Made by a program: the position numbers and the translations under genes. A stretch of 53,979 nucleotides of DNA, filler included, from Sphacelaria rigidula (taxonomy: Eukaryota), in assembly GCA_964200075.2 (NCBI GenBank). It is 3 parts of 3 records of this genome, joined end to end, with 100 filler letters (N's around TTAATTAATTAA, not from the genome) between each part and the next. Parts side by side here need not be neighbours in the genome. Positions count along the whole stretch, not along the records: positions 1 to 17,933 come from CAXNAA020000961.1; 2 more parts are not named here. One strand, written 5' to 3'. The notes beneath the pieces were generated by a model. The model saw nothing but the letters and a program-made list of their open reading frames with translations. It was not told the DNA's origin and did no database searches. Below are positions 1 through 13,789 of the stretch, piece by piece. Positions within the stretch are counted from its first letter, which is position 1; the number at the start of each line of letters is the position of its first letter.

Positions 1-65
1 CACATATACCGAAAGGTGTAGACTGGTGCCCAGAATAAATGGGACGACAACAACACACACACACA
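1..65 (+). mobile_element. 3' end of tRNA-derived SINE, ending in (CA)n
   Basis: Reverse complement of the SINE tail region at 345-420 and 23360-23425 (…gtagactggtgcccagaataaatgggacgacaacaacacacacac). Truncated by the scaffold start. Confidence 0.8.
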
Positions 66-344
66 TTTATTTCTTCCGAGTCGTTGTACGGCAGATGTTC
101 ACATGTTTTTCCCAGGGCACTTATCTCTACACGTCAAAATATGAGCCAGGCTAGTGCGACGGTGGAGACGACGTGGGGAGCCTTGGTTTGACTTGACTTC
201 CAGCAAGGCTCCCCACGTGGTCCACCACCGTAGTACTATCCTGGCCCGACACTTAACTTTTGATGTGTCACAATCTTTGAATATTGCGACCTGTAACGAC
301 AAGTGCCCTGTTTCTCCCCCCGAGAATCCGCACTGTCGGGCGTT

Positions 345-1005
345 GAGTGTGTGTTGTGTTGTCGTCCCATCTATTTTGGATGCCAGTTCACACCTTCCGG
401 TATATGTGGTCGCACCTGCCTGGGTCACACAAGAGGAAGGTCAACACAGGACTTCTTTTCTTCTTCACATGTTTTTAGTACCCCACCCTCCTTCTGCGGT
501 GCTTGCCCTTTTTTTTTATCGCGAAAAGGGTTCAGCAGTGCCTTTCCCTCGTCGTTTAAGTCGAATTTCGTGTACTCACGACATAGAACGAGGTTTTCGT
601 CATATTGAGAATAGAGGCCACAATTGAGAGTGAAGGGCGATCAATTAGTGAATGACCGGTTTCAGTTCCGAAATGCCCCTCCACGACGCCCAATATACTT
701 TCTGTAGTACCTTGCCACTGAGGCCATTGATATCCCCGAGTAGGATATCGACGTGTAGCTGTAAGCACACGCTAGTGATGGAGGCAAAAAAAGGCACACA
801 CGGAATGAAAAATTAGTCAAGTTAAACCGAATGATCACAGCCAATCTCAATCAGCACTCTACTCTCAATCTCGCGGAAACCTTGTTATAGTCGCTCTCCA
901 CTGTTGGGCATGGTGTGGGAAAAATCCCAGATCGCTCCGAGAATTAAACCCACGATCCAACCGTCAGAAGGTTTCGAGATTACCAACTGAGCCACCGGGG
1001 CGACC
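345..1005 (-). mobile_element. tRNA-derived SINE, full length, interrupted by a MITE
   Basis: Minus-strand head ggtcgccccggTGGCTCAGTTGG (Pol III A box), degenerate B box, (CA)n-like tail at ~345-360. Colinear with the copy at 23360-23722 apart from the 586-887 insertion. Confidence 0.85.
586..887. mobile_element. MITE, Tc1/mariner-type (TA target duplication)
   Basis: ~50-bp imperfect terminal inverted repeats (gaacgaggttttcgtcatattgagaatagag / ctctactctcaatctcgcggaaaccttgtta) with TA at 584-585 and 888-889. The uninterrupted SINE copy (cacgacatggtcgctctccac, ~23589-23609) lacks it. Confidence 0.75.
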
Positions 1006-2290
1006 ATGATCCGTGACAAAAATCTGGACCCTAAAATCTAGTGTGCAGCCTCAGAAAAAAATGAGTTGAAAAAGCTACGAGGCTTTTAAATCATTATGCA
1101 AGCACGGGTTCTGTGTGCATGTGACCCATGATTATTTTCAAGATGAACGGTTTTTCACAAACCACCCTCGCATGATAAGTGAAAGCCTATGAAAAGCGCA
1201 CCCCTACCGTTGAATCACAATCCCCGCCCAGGACTGACTGGTGACGTGTACGAGTACCACTGTGGAAATTTGATCTGCCTGCATGCTCAACACAGTGTAG
1301 GTGTGGAAGAAACGGAATATATCATCATCTAAGGAGCGAGGTAATCTCACAACAAGCATCACGGTGTTGACAACCGCCCCCATTCGCTTCACTAAGTTGG
1401 AAACCACAGCAGCAGCAGCCTCTGAGCACTAGCATTAGCAGCGCAACAACAATGTCAACATCCGCAGAAGGGCAGCCCGATGTGTTCGTTGTTGGGTCGG
1501 AGGGAAATGATGATAGCACTGGACCTGCAGGGTTGTGATTTGCGTAGATGAAACGTATGTTCAGTTGTACCAGCGGCAGTACGGACAACTGTTTTCGTGT
1601 TCCCTTGTTCAGGGTGCGCACTCATGCTCGGGGGGGGAAATCATAAATGGGACCTTGCTACATGCTCAATTGAGTAATCATGACCCTGTTCAACCAGCGT
1701 CTCACAAAAATTACCCGTGAAGAGTCCTCAACGTGTATACTGCCGGCGTTAATGAAGCACTTTTGCCCTCCGCAAGCCTGCCCGACGATTAGCCGTATGA
1801 CCTGTGTGATCTGTGGTTGATCTGTATCCGTATGACCCGTTCAACCTATACACAATTCTTGGTTGGTGACTTGTAGAACCCGGTCGCTCCGTACGAACTC
1901 CGTACGAATATCCTGATGGATGATCTGTATGACCCGAGAATTCGTACGAACCTGTCGTTGTTGATTTGTATACTCTATCGATCTGTACATTATCTCCTTG
2001 CACACACCTGTGTAATCCGAATCAGATATCTCGCAACGCCAACAGCTACCTGTGTACCCTCATAACCCGTACAAGATACCTCCTCCCTCGTGATCGATGC
2101 TACCCGGATCACGAGTATACCTTCCCATGGCTGGTTGCACTGTGTCATTTGAATCGTGTACACAAGTGTGCTCACGCTTGACATGGAAGACTCAAGTGAC
2201 ACGGATGATGTTTTGTCCGACGTGCGAAGTCAACCACATAACAACAGGGATCGAATGGCACATGAACACGCACATAAACGCACGCCTCAT

Positions 2291-2470
2291 ACGTCCACGG
2301 CATTCATGTTCTCAACCATCTAAAGAACATAAATAGCGTGGACGAATCAGAAACGAGCGAATCCGATTCCACCGCACGTGCTCGACACGAAAATAATTTG
2401 ATTAGGGCGTGTCTTGGCACTTTGTTTTTCGATCGAAGAAGTGCGGTCGTTATTTTTTGTCGATCAAGTA
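2291..2470 (+). repeat. Dispersed copy of the TTTTCGATCGAAAA hairpin repeat family
   Basis: Aligns by eye with ~52383-52540. Inverted partial copy at ~3170-3225. Confidence 0.65.
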
Positions 2471-5400
2471 GGTCCACCGCATTCATGTTCCTAAAAGCCT
2501 TTAACTCAAAATTATACGTGGCGGCGCGCGGAGAAGGATAGCTCGAGGTATAAAACAGTCGTCTTCGATCGAAAACATGCGGTCGAAAGGCACGAAGCGG
2601 CACTTGACTCAAATCTTACCGACCACCATACCAAATAAAACCTGTTCACAGGACCATGCAAACTCCATCCAACTCATTCTCAGCTATCACCGCAACCCTG
2701 CAGCACAGAGCACGAGTTGAGCACAGGGATACATGCACTGCAGTAGGATGTGCTTTGTTTATTTTTGTTTGCGAAAACTTGCGTATCTTCTCTCGTGGTA
2801 AGGATCAGCGACGGAACTGCGTGTCACGGTGGGCAACCAAGTTGCGTGTACCCTCATGGACAGTGCAGGTAGTACAAAGCTGCACGTTGCTGACGTCCTT
2901 TTCACGTCGCATTGTAAGCAGAGAGAACTGATAGTTCTGGGCTGTCTACACTGCACGTTGCCCGCTTCTCTTTTATATCCTCCTGAACGAAAAACGCACA
3001 CACGCACTCAAGACACCCTGCTTGCAAGCGGTGCAGACAGTACAGACTGTCTGTACTGTACACGAGTGACCATGTACCGTTTCACGAATTTCACTGTCTT
3101 TTTTCGATTGAAAGCTTGAAAATTCATCTGGACCCAAATGCATCAAAGGGAGAAAATTTCGCTCAAATCGATTTCACCGCCCCATTTTCTCGATCGAAAA
3201 GAAAAGTGCTAAAGCACGCCCCAACACACGCCCTGATTGTATATCCAACGTAATGATAGCGGAGCCTCCCTCCCCTGTGGTGATTACGTTGGTTGATGAA
3301 GCCTTCTATCTTCCAGTTCGTGTTGTCAAATGATCGCAATATAAGTAATCTCCCCGCTAAAGCGCGGGCATTAAAACATAAGGATCCCATTCTAGCATAC
3401 CATACAGGGCAGAGAGTACGACAAACTGTTCTCACCGTCCCTAGACTGCTACTCCGCTATCTTCAACTGAAAGCACTACATGCATGCGTCACATATTTGT
3501 CTACTTTTCGCTGCACATCGGATATTTATGCTCACTAAGTGTTGGACGCTATGTTTTTCATTCTGCACGGACTGCTGTGTTGGACTGCTGCTCACGTTGT
3601 ATTTTGTACTTGTGCATACTTTCTTGTACTTGAACTTAGCCCAGCTCCCTCGGCTGATTTTCTTCCATACTCAATGAGCTTCTTCACTACTGTGCTGTAT
3701 AAGCTCGTATGTGGATGCAGTTGGAATAGTCGGTGTGGACAGCGTGCAGTGCTCTCAGGTATGCTGAGTAGGCTAGCCTTTCGTAAACCGTGTGGCGCAA
3801 GATGAAGGATATCCACGTTTCGGCAACTTTCACTGTACTGTACGGTACTGTCGTAGTACATGATGAACGGTACATAATACTGACTGAATGTATGTAGCAT
3901 GGTAGTACAGATAGTCTCGATGTGCTCCGCAGAGAAGCTCCAATCCCTGCCCCTTCTGGAAACCACCCGCATGGTCTGCGCTGCTGTCTGTACGGTACTG
4001 AGTACTCAGACTGAACTGCCGTACACGATATCGGCATGTTTGCAACTCTGCTGTCTGTATCACCGAACTCTACAGTGCGTTTGAAAAAGCACATGGTGGT
4101 GCATGGATCACAACACCCCCATGGAAAAAAACGATCAATACACGGAGTAAACATATAGTTGCTGGGGCTCCTAGATGAGACGTGTCCAGCAAAATAGAGA
4201 TAATCTGGTGTGTACCGTCAGTATTAATTAGCCGTGCTTGTAGACGTGAAGACATCTCAGACCAATATCGTGAGCACACATGCCCATTTAATATGATGTT
4301 GCACATAACCTGCTGTCAGGCCTGACAACCGATCTCATGTGCACCACTACGCGACTGTCTGTACGGCTTGGAGGGTACTAAAACTGTAGCGTGTAGACAT
4401 GCCGGGTTGATTCGCACCCTCGCCTACCCGTGCCCGCGACCACGAACGTGCACACTCGTACCTGACACATCCAACGTGGCGCATTCCACCACCATCACAT
4501 GCGGCCCGACCTGCACCGTTCGGTTACAGTAGGTGACCTGGTCTTCCACAGAGATGACCATGGCCTTCTTCAGCAGCTTCCCCAGCTTAGAAGGCATTTT
4601 CCGTTACGGTCAACCAGTACTGGTGAAATGAGTCGACCTTTCGCAAATTGTCAATCCTCTTTGAAAAAATAGCGTGCCGGATTTGTTTCCCCTGGCTGTC
4701 ACCTTCCGGTTACGTTTGGGGATCCCTGTACCGGTGAAGAAAGCTCCTAGACCTATTGGTCCTACCTATCGCTTCAGCTGTGGCAACTCGTTTACTGTGG
4801 GACTACCTGTTCACAGAGAGTGTATATCCTGTGTGAGTGTTTGAGAGCGAATCTTGCGAACGCGAAAGATTCATCAGTACGATACAATGATGGTGTATTG
4901 ATACTTTCTGTCAATTTTGACAGTCCCCCGTAGCAGACGCCTCCCGAATTATCGTGAAACCCAGAAGAGAAACGACAAAATATGACCGCAAGAAACTCGC
5001 CGCAAGCGCGAACGAAAAGTTCGAAAAAGGGTCATTTTCGGCAGAAAAACCCGGCTGTATACGAAACGGCCTAATGCTCCACTTTAAGTAGCCGAGTGGT
5101 GGCCCTCTTTGAAATCACATACGCCTATTCGGGGGTGCTCCGCAAATGCCGAAAAAGATAGATGACCCCCAAATGGCGTGACGTTGGTCCTGTTGTTGTA
5201 CTTCACTCGGTCAAGTTACTCTTCGTTTATGTCCCCACTTTTCTTCCGCCCAAATCTACCCCAAACAAGACACAAATAGACTTAGTTCAAAAGTCGTTTC
5301 TAAACAAGTGCAACAATGCGACACTGCCTGAGGCCACGGTCTTATCAAGACCGAGAAAATAAGTGGGAAAAGGAAGACGCGCCCAAACGCAGCATGTTGA

Positions 5401-5868
5401 TTCGTCGCCGCAACCAAAGACCCTACGGCAAGCAATCGACATGCTGCTTTTGGAAGCTTGTTCCCTTTCCCAGTTCCCGCTTCTCGTTTCAGATTTTCGA
5501 CGCGTTCGTAACAATCACCCGATGCGGTGGAACATGTAGCGGTTCGATCGTGAATCCGTTTCTTTTTGTTTTTCTGGCTATTGCGAGATCTTTTCATTCA
5601 TCCTCTCTTCTGGATATTTACCACGGGTATGGGCGAGGTATGGGTTAAAAACAGACAGTGCAGTATGACCAAATTAGCGTGCGCCCTACGTAGACTTCCA
5701 TGCAGTACGGGGTGTCGAGTACCGCACATGTAGGGCAGACCGTTGGCACAAGAAATTGCGCTCCGAAACACGCCACCATAGTTCACGGCCAAGCCCAGCG
5801 AAAACAGTTCAGTATACATACTGTACTGTCTGCACTCTACTGTACTGTACCAAGAATACATCATTAAC

Positions 5869-6726
5869 ATGTTAAAGGGGTCTGCTAGTACCGTCAATGC
5901 TGATGATCATCCCGACAGGAATCACACATGGCCAACCACCACCAGCTCCCGCGTAGAAGTCGCGCATTGCTTCGGCACGTGTGCGGGGAACTTGCGAGAG
6001 AATTCTTGCCTACTGGAAGGAGCACGGGTCGCGTACTCGGTGGGTTCGCGTGTAGCAGTCACCGAGGTTGACGGAAATGCCGACGAGCTCACGTTCCTCA
6101 GCACGGGATTCCCTGTGCGCTTGGTGAGTGCGGTGGCGTGCAGCCCGGACAAACGGTTCGTCGCTGTGTGCTACAAGAGATTGCAACGGCCTCGCACCGC
6201 GTACGCCACGGTGTACCATATTCCGACCAAACCACAGCCATCGAGAGTCAAGACTCTGTCCTACGAACGCACCAGGATAAAACGAGGGCAGCCTTCGCAG
6301 CAGGGTGGTCCCATTAACTCAGCAGATGATGGCCTACTTTCTCTTGTATCACTAGCGTCTCGACAAGCAACCATCGGGGATAAAAGCAACAACAGCAACC
6401 GGGATGGCGGCAGCAAGGGTGGTACAAGGGCTCAGAACCTGGCGTGTGCTGGGAAAACCGCGGAGTTTGTGGCCGCCAATTTTTCTCAAGATGGCCACTT
6501 GCTACTCGTGTTGGACGGACAACCAGCATGGACTATACTGTGCTTCGAGTGGAAATCTGGTCGGCGCATGTTTACCCTCCCGGTGGGATCGTCTGTGCAC
6601 AGGATGGTTTTTTCTCCGATTGACGAAAGTAAGATAGCTACGGCCGGAGACAACGGGCACTTCAGGATCTGGGCTATGCAAGGGGGTAAAATGACGCCCA
6701 TGGTAGCCATCGAGAGGAATGGGGAG
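5869..6726 (+). CDS. First coding exon of a CFAP57/WDR65-like WD40 ciliary protein (gene incomplete in window)
   Basis: ATG at 5869, 286 codons, donor GAG|gtacgt at 6727. Motif order HCFG…N…VAYSVG, AVACSPDKRFVAV, RVKTLS, EFVAANFSQDGHLL…GQPAWTILCFEW, FSPIDESKIATAG…FRIW matches my recollection of the CFAP57 N-terminal propeller. Confidence 0.75.
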
Positions 6727-7967
6727 GTACGTGTTACTAGAATTGTGGCGGCGTGGCTTCTCTGTGTACAGTACACAGAACAATCGGTTCAACTCGTGAA
6801 CCCAGCTCTAACAAGAGAGCTCGCAGAGGATGCACACTGTTGGTGAAGCACTTGCTTCGTGCAGTAAAGAAAATAAGGTGGCTTTCACTTGGCGCTTCAC
6901 TTGGCCGAACCTAGAATCAAACACAGTACAGTCACCCTCTACTCTACAAAAAACTGATGACAAGCTGGTGGGCCTGCTTGACGTGGGTAGCTTTGGAGCG
7001 AGACAGCGTAGGGCCATATATCGATCTTTCGATAAAAAATCTTGTATACGTTCTATGAAACGGTTTATCCAAACTGTTGATACCTTAGACTCTACATACC
7101 AACCTCTTCACTGCGCTGACAATAAGCTGACTTTCTGTATACGAGCTATTCAGTACACGAGCGATTCAAATTCTACACTACTCCAGTATGACGATTGTTC
7201 CACCTCTTCGGTTACTACGTGCGTTACTACTATTCACTATTGTACGATATTTCTTACGAACGCTGAACCGTAACCTATTCTTCCGCTAAAGTTGAGTATG
7301 TGTTCGGAAAAGCTATTTCATAATTTCCAACACGTCGTGTGGCATGCAGGCTGATGCTAATCCCACTGCTTGAGGTCAAGAAGGACACTCGGCGATTTTC
7401 GTTCGAGGCTTGCGTGTCGGGACATGAAATTAATATGTGTGACTCGACAATTTGGAGGACATGAGTGGAGGAGTCATCGGGGGGGGGTTGTTGTTTGGGG
7501 AGTCACAGCCGTTGAACGATAAAAGGGGTCAAATTGTCATTTTTTTCAAGTGGGGCAAGAATTTTTCACTACGAAGAAATACGTGCAGACGACATGGTCT
7601 ATGACAATATATCGTTTTGCCGTTCAACTAAATGCATCTTCGTAATAACCCTGTGCGAGCTTGTTCCATGGAACAACGATGACCTTAACTTAGACAATAC
7701 GATAGGGGACAAGGGCGCGGCGGGGGTGATTCTGTAGCATTCCCCCTTCCCCCTCCCTCCCCCTCCCTGCCTCCCCACCCCGCATCCACACCCCCAGACT
7801 CTTGGGTTGGCGTTCAGTGGCAATGGTGGTGTCACACAAGCCACCAGGACCTCCTTCATTTTCCTCATTCTCTCTGTTTATTTCCGTTTTTTCCTTCATT
7901 TGTCTTCCATTCCCCTTTTCCCTTTTACTATTCTCTATACGTTTTTGTTTATAATTTTTTTTTTTTC

Positions 7968-8620
7968 CCGCTACCAGAGCATAGCGGCATGGACATGAAA
8001 TAACGAAGCTAATCATACTTCTCTTTAACCTACCGTAACACAGCCCGGACATACAGTAGACATGAAATAACAAAGCTAACCATTATTTTTCTTTAACATA
8101 CCATAACACAGCCCGGGGACACGAACACGAAATGATGAAGCTAACCCTGCTCTTAATTCAACCGACCATAACACAGCCCGGACATAGACACGGGATAACG
8201 AAGCTAAACACTTTTTTTCTTCGACCTACCGTAACACAGGCCGGATGCAGACATTTTTTTTTCACCTACCATAACACAGCCTGGACGAAGACATGACATG
8301 AAGAAGCTATTTTTTTTCACTTTAACCTACCATAACACAGCCCGGACATAGACATGGAATAACGAAGCTGGGTATCCATTTTCTCCAACCTACCATAACA
8401 CAGCCCGGACACAGACATGAAATGATGAAGCTAACCATCCTTTTTCTTCAACCTACCATAACACAGCCCGGACATGGACATGAAATGACGAAGGTAGCAA
8501 TTCCTCTTTTTTAAACTACCATAACACAGCCCGGACGTAGACATGGGATAACGAAGCTAGCCGTCTTTTAAGCAGTAACCAGAACACAGCCCGGATATTG
8601 ACATGAAATAACGAGAATGA
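7968..8620. repeat. Tandem array, ~11 units of ~63 bp
   Basis: Consensus cctaccataacacagcccggacatagacatgaaataacgaagcta followed by a variable ~15-20 nt pyrimidine-rich segment. Confidence 0.9.
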
Positions 8621-9599
8621 ACAGTTCTATTTCCCCACATCAATACGGAAAACAACCGAGATTCTTCCTCCCGTATCATAACAAGGGTGAGACATAAAAT
8701 AAGACCAAAAGCCAGACATGTAAGTACTAGCGTGCAGGTGGACCACCTTACGTGTAAATCGAGAATACAATATATATAACAAGTAAATACAGGGTAGGGC
8801 CATCACCCCCGACATGTTATGTTCACATGGAGGTGGGATCTTGTGGTGAGATATCCGTAAATCTTTACCGGTTTCCAATAGGCGGTGGAAATCTGGTCAG
8901 ATATTTTCCTGAATTTTTCGACATTTGGTGCACAGGCGTCTGATGAAGGGAAGGGGTGCATAATGCATGGCATGAAGGTCAAGACGTACTGCACTCATGA
9001 AACAAACACTTCACCAATGACCGAACACATGACTTACGAGAAATAATACTAAGCGGTACGTGAACTTCTTGAGATCGTAAAGAACAGAAAGTAGTACAAA
9101 GTGTGAGGGAATCGTTGGCCAAGCTTTTGGCAGCGAAGGTCTACTCGGGATCATTAGTAGAGTCGCGACCCATGGTGAACCGTACACGGAGTGGGAAGAA
9201 GTGATGTACGGGACATCCCGATGTATGAGTAAGACCTTGTGTTATGCAAGCCGTCCTTGAACCTTACACGGTGAAAACGACCTCCCTGAAGGAAAGTAAG
9301 CGGTACAGCAGCGGGGCAAGAAGATGAAAGATACGACCGTGGGACGTCTGGTGCATGGTTTACTGTAGAGCACCTGGCACAAACGTGGGGTACTTGTGTC
9401 AAAGGTATTAGATTTAGCTTTAGGCTACGAGCCTGTGTTGGAGGCATTGTTTAGTGTCGGTGAGCCAGCAAAAGTACTGAAAGGCGGCACCTGTCCCCCA
9501 ACAACTACTGGGATTGGGACATCCCAGTACCTTGACTACATCCCACCAAAATACTTGAAACGAACAAGCTGGAGACGCTCTTGAAAGAAATCGATAGAG

Positions 9600-12500
9600 A
9601 GACGGTAAGGAACGGCACATGGGGAAGTAAAGAGTGGACGGGTAAAGTACTAGTAGTGCTGGTATGCTGAGTCCCTAGCGATATGACGAGATAATAAGTT
9701 AGAAGAAATGCGATGAAGCTGGACTATATTGTTTGGCAAAAGGAAAAATTGAAAGGCAGAGAGAACACTTCCGAGTCATGCTGAATCAGAGCGCGACTAA
9801 GGATTGGGAAAGGATAGAGACACGTAAGGTGTCGGCATGGGTTAGAGGGTAGGATGAAGAGTATGCATTGCTAATGGAACAGCAATCCTAAGACGTAATC
9901 CACGGGTAAACAGAGGAGAAGAGAAGCTGGAGCAAGTGAGTGCCCGGAAGGGGAAGGAGAGGGTATACAGGGGCCCGAAGCAGATAGGAAAAGGCCAAAA
10001 CGGGAACGGGAAGAACAATCAAGCAAGGGAAAATAGAAGTGAAAACGACGAAGAGAGAGAGCAGTAGACAACAGGAGATCAGATAATGATTCGGAAAGGG
10101 AGTTGAGCATAGGATCGTGGAACGTGTGTGGATTCGCCACAGACGGGCGCAAAAGAGTAGAGATAGCCCAACAAGTAAGTGAACGCGACCTAGATATAGT
10201 GGAAATCCAAGAGTCACGGGAAAAAGAGGGGACGGAAATAGGATGCAAAGCAGAGAAGTATGCATGGACAGGGGAAAACGGAAGGGACAGAATACCAAAA
10301 GCAGGGGAGCGGGCGAGTAGGATTCTTAGTCGTGAAATACCTGTGTGGCATCATAGAAGTGATCAACAACACAAAATTTGACGAGAGCATATGGGTAAGG
10401 GTACCAGGAGATCGGGGAACGAAGGAGTTCTTCGAAGGGAACATCTACATGCCCCCAGAATCGAAGAGTAGGGTAAGCGATATACAGCGGAGGTTTGGAG
10501 AGATAGTAGCAAATGTACATAAGTATCAAAGGCAAAGGAGAAGTAATGTTAGTGGGAGATGTTAATGCAAGGACTGGAAAAGCAGGTCAACCGGATGATA
10601 TCATTGGGCAATATGAGGAAGGTCAGAAGAAGACGAATGGGGTAGAAATGCTGAAGTCCCTTGAGAATAACGAGATGAAGACGCTGGACGATGGAGTACT
10701 AAAGCCAGAGGCGCAATAGACATGGACTAGAGACCGCAATGACGAGAGAGAACACTCCGTTCTTGACTATATTGTGGTAGAGCATAGAATTAGTAAGGCG
10801 ATAGAAGTGCATGGCGTGAGAGCTACAAATCATTGCCTAATATGCACAGAAAGCCAACACACGAGAAGTGAAAGAAATAGGCGGGGTGGGAAGTTTTACA
10901 AATGGAGAATCGATAAACTAGAAATAGAAGAAAAACAGGAAGATTTCCAAGAATATATGGTAAAAATGCAGTGAAATTTTAGGAGCTGTTGGAAAGCGTA
11001 GGTACAGTTGATACCGAAATGGGAAGGGATCGAGCAGGGGCGAAGGTTATATAAGGATGTGAGCAGTTGATCAATAACACAGCGAGTAAAGTCATGAGGA
11101 AGAAACTGATCGTATGCAACAGAGCAGTAAAATTGCCGGATGTGGAAGTGGAAGAGGCAATGGGAGTAAGGGGAGAGGCCCACGCAAGATTCATATCGAG
11201 TGAAGCTACGGCAGGATGGGAGGAGTATACTAAATGAAGCTCGAAAAAAGTAGAAACGATTTTAGAGGAGCAAAAGAAGGGAGTATGAGAAGATGTAAAT
11301 GAATAAAAAAATGAAGATTTCGATGGCGGCATGAGACAAACTTGGGTAGGAATAACAGGGGCAATGGGAAACTAGACTGGAAAAATAGACAAGGGGATAG
11401 CCACACTGCGTGCACAGAAGGGTAAAATGGTCGGTAGTTCGGAGGGAGAGAAAGAAGTGCTGGTCGAGCACTACCGGAAACCAGGAACACCAAAAATTCA
11501 CAAGAAGTTCGACATGGCATTCGAAAAAGAAATCAACGCGTGGGCAGAGTAAATGTAGAGGTGTCAAAACGGGAGGATGGAGGCTCGAAAGAGTTGCAGA
11601 GAGAGAATTTAACAGATATGAAGCAAAGGGGTGTGTAGCTAAACCTAAGAACAGAAAAACATCACGGGCAGATGAAATAGTGAAGAGATTTTTCAAGAAC
11701 GGGGGAGAGGGAATGATTACCATGATGGTTATGCTGTACAACTGGGCCTGGAAAAACGAGTACACACACAAGAGGTGGAGAGAAGGAGTAGTCGTCAATC
11801 TTTTTGAAAAAAGCGACAAGGCTGACCCGAGAAACTATGGAGGGATAACGCTACTGAGCACAGTAGGGAAAATATTCTGTAAGATTGTGGACGATAGAGT
11901 AAGAATGATGGTAGAAAGAGAAGAAAAAATCAGCGAGGGGCAAGCAGGATTTAGACTAAACCGTAGTTGTGTAGACCATGTGTACACACTAAGTAAGATT
12001 AATCAGGGTAGGAAAGACACCGGGCTGACAACGTACTGTTTCTTTCTGGACGTGCAAAAGGCTGATGGCATATTATGAAGAAATGAGTTGTGGAAAGCGT
12101 TGTGGGGAACGGGGATCAGAGGATAGATGTGGAGAATGGTGAACAATATTACAGAATGTGTCACAAGTGCTAATGTATGATGCTAGATGGGGAAACGTCG
12201 AAATAACTTGATATTTTCACGAGGAGTTCCACGAGGATGTACATTATTACCCACTCTATTCAAAGTATTTATTGATGACCTGATAAGAGCAATAGCAGCA
12301 GCAGAGCAAGGAGTCAAGGTGGGTGAAGATATGGTATCAGGATTGAAGTTCGCAGATGATTTCGTGGGGATATCAGGAACACCAGAAAAAGTGCAGAAGC
12401 AAATAGAGAAGCGCTGCATACACTAGGAATGGAGAGTGACAGCGGACGTTAACAAATGCGCGGTACTTGTCTGTAACGAAGATGAGAAAAATCCGGTAGA

Positions 12501-13688
12501 GTTCAAATGGAAGTGGAGAGAAGAGGAACTGGCGACCGTAGACCAGTATACATACTTTGGCGTAGCGAGCCAGAACAGCTGTTCTTACGATGAACATATA
12601 AACAAAGTAATAGAATAAGGTAAGGCACACATAAGCAGGATGGGCGTGATCCCCAGAGACTCGCACCTAGACACTAGGATTAAGAGATCTATCCTGATGA
12701 ACGTGATCGTACCAAAGCTGGAATATGCAGGAGAAGTATGGGAGGGGAACGTGAAATTCACGATGAAATTGGAAACAGTACAGATGGTAGCAGCCAAGAA
12801 AATATTTGGATGCTCGAAAACGATGAGTAATACAGCATTGAGAACAGGGTTGGGAATGCACGCACTTGAAACAGAGACAGGAGGAAATTGAAACGGCAAT
12901 TTCGCGTAAAGAACATGCAGAAAAAGGGATTGCCAGCTATGGTTGACAGGGCGGTATGGAAGAAAAGTACGAAAGGGGAGGCTCTGATAAGGTGGAATAA
13001 AGAAGTCGAGAAAGTATGAAAGGAGATAGGAGGAAACCAAGGCGAAATAATATCCATATATGAAGGCGGGGGTACAAGACAAAAGTAAGGGGTATGATAG
13101 AAATAAGGGGGAAATGAGCGCTTAAACGCAAAGTAGATGAGGAAAAACACCTGGAGATATACGGGGGGTTGAGAGAGGGGATCGGGATGAAAACGTATTC
13201 GCATCGTCCCATGGACGCTGCGAAAAAAGTGAAACTGCGACGTCGGGTGGGGGACCTGGACCTGCCAGAAAGAGGAAAGAGATATACCAGTCGTCGAACG
13301 GAGGAGGAAGCAGATGCGCAGAACTGCCCCTGTGGCAAAGTAATAAATAGCAGAAGTCATATAGTGGTAGAGTGTGAGCTACACAAGGAGGAACGAGACG
13401 TGCTAGAGGGGGAAATGCGAGACGTGAACCAGCGTGGCATGAAATCGTTTGATGCATTGGACAGCAGGGAGAAAACGATGGCTATATACTAGGAGATAGA
13501 TGGTGGCCACAGAAGGCGAAACAGGACGGGCATAAGATATGTAAGAGGTTTTTGTGAAATGTATGGAAGAAACGTGATGAGCGCCGGAATATTGAAGGTG
13601 GCTCCATCAGGAGTAGGAATGGTGCTCCGTCTCGAAAGGGGTGCGTGGTCAATGGTCAACCGACTAAGGCAAGCACCAGATGAGTACG
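9600..13688 (+). mobile_element. Decayed non-LTR retrotransposon (LINE): APE endonuclease, RT and C-terminal Cys/His motif, intact 3' end
   Basis: APE motifs (WNVCGF, DIVEIQES, LVGDVNAR), RT motifs (YGGITLLSTVGKIF, EGQAGFR, FLDVQKA, GVPRGCTLLPTLF, FADD) and CPCG…SRSHIVVEC. Many stops and frameshifts. The 5' boundary is where similarity to the second copy starts; 9000-9600 may also belong to it. Confidence 0.92.
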
Positions 13689-13789
13689 CCCCCCTGATAG
13701 CACCAGTATGTGTGTATGTTCTGGGGTTATAGGCTAGAAGTCTAATATTGCGCTACGAAGGCAAGAAGCATCCCAACCGTGCACACATG

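Noticed and set aside
1325-4600. Possible minus-strand gene (exon-like pieces near 1455-1523, 3597-3690 and 4539-4596)
   Set aside because: Splice-like sites exist, but no consistent open frame or recognisable product could be assembled.
7968-8620. CRISPR array
   Set aside because: Eukaryotic context, degenerate repeats, short mutually similar T-rich 'spacers' and no cas genes.
9281-9291. cctccctgaag as 5' target duplication of LINE copy 1 (cf. cccccctgatag at 13689)
   Set aside because: Short, mismatched, and the LINE 5' boundary is undefined.
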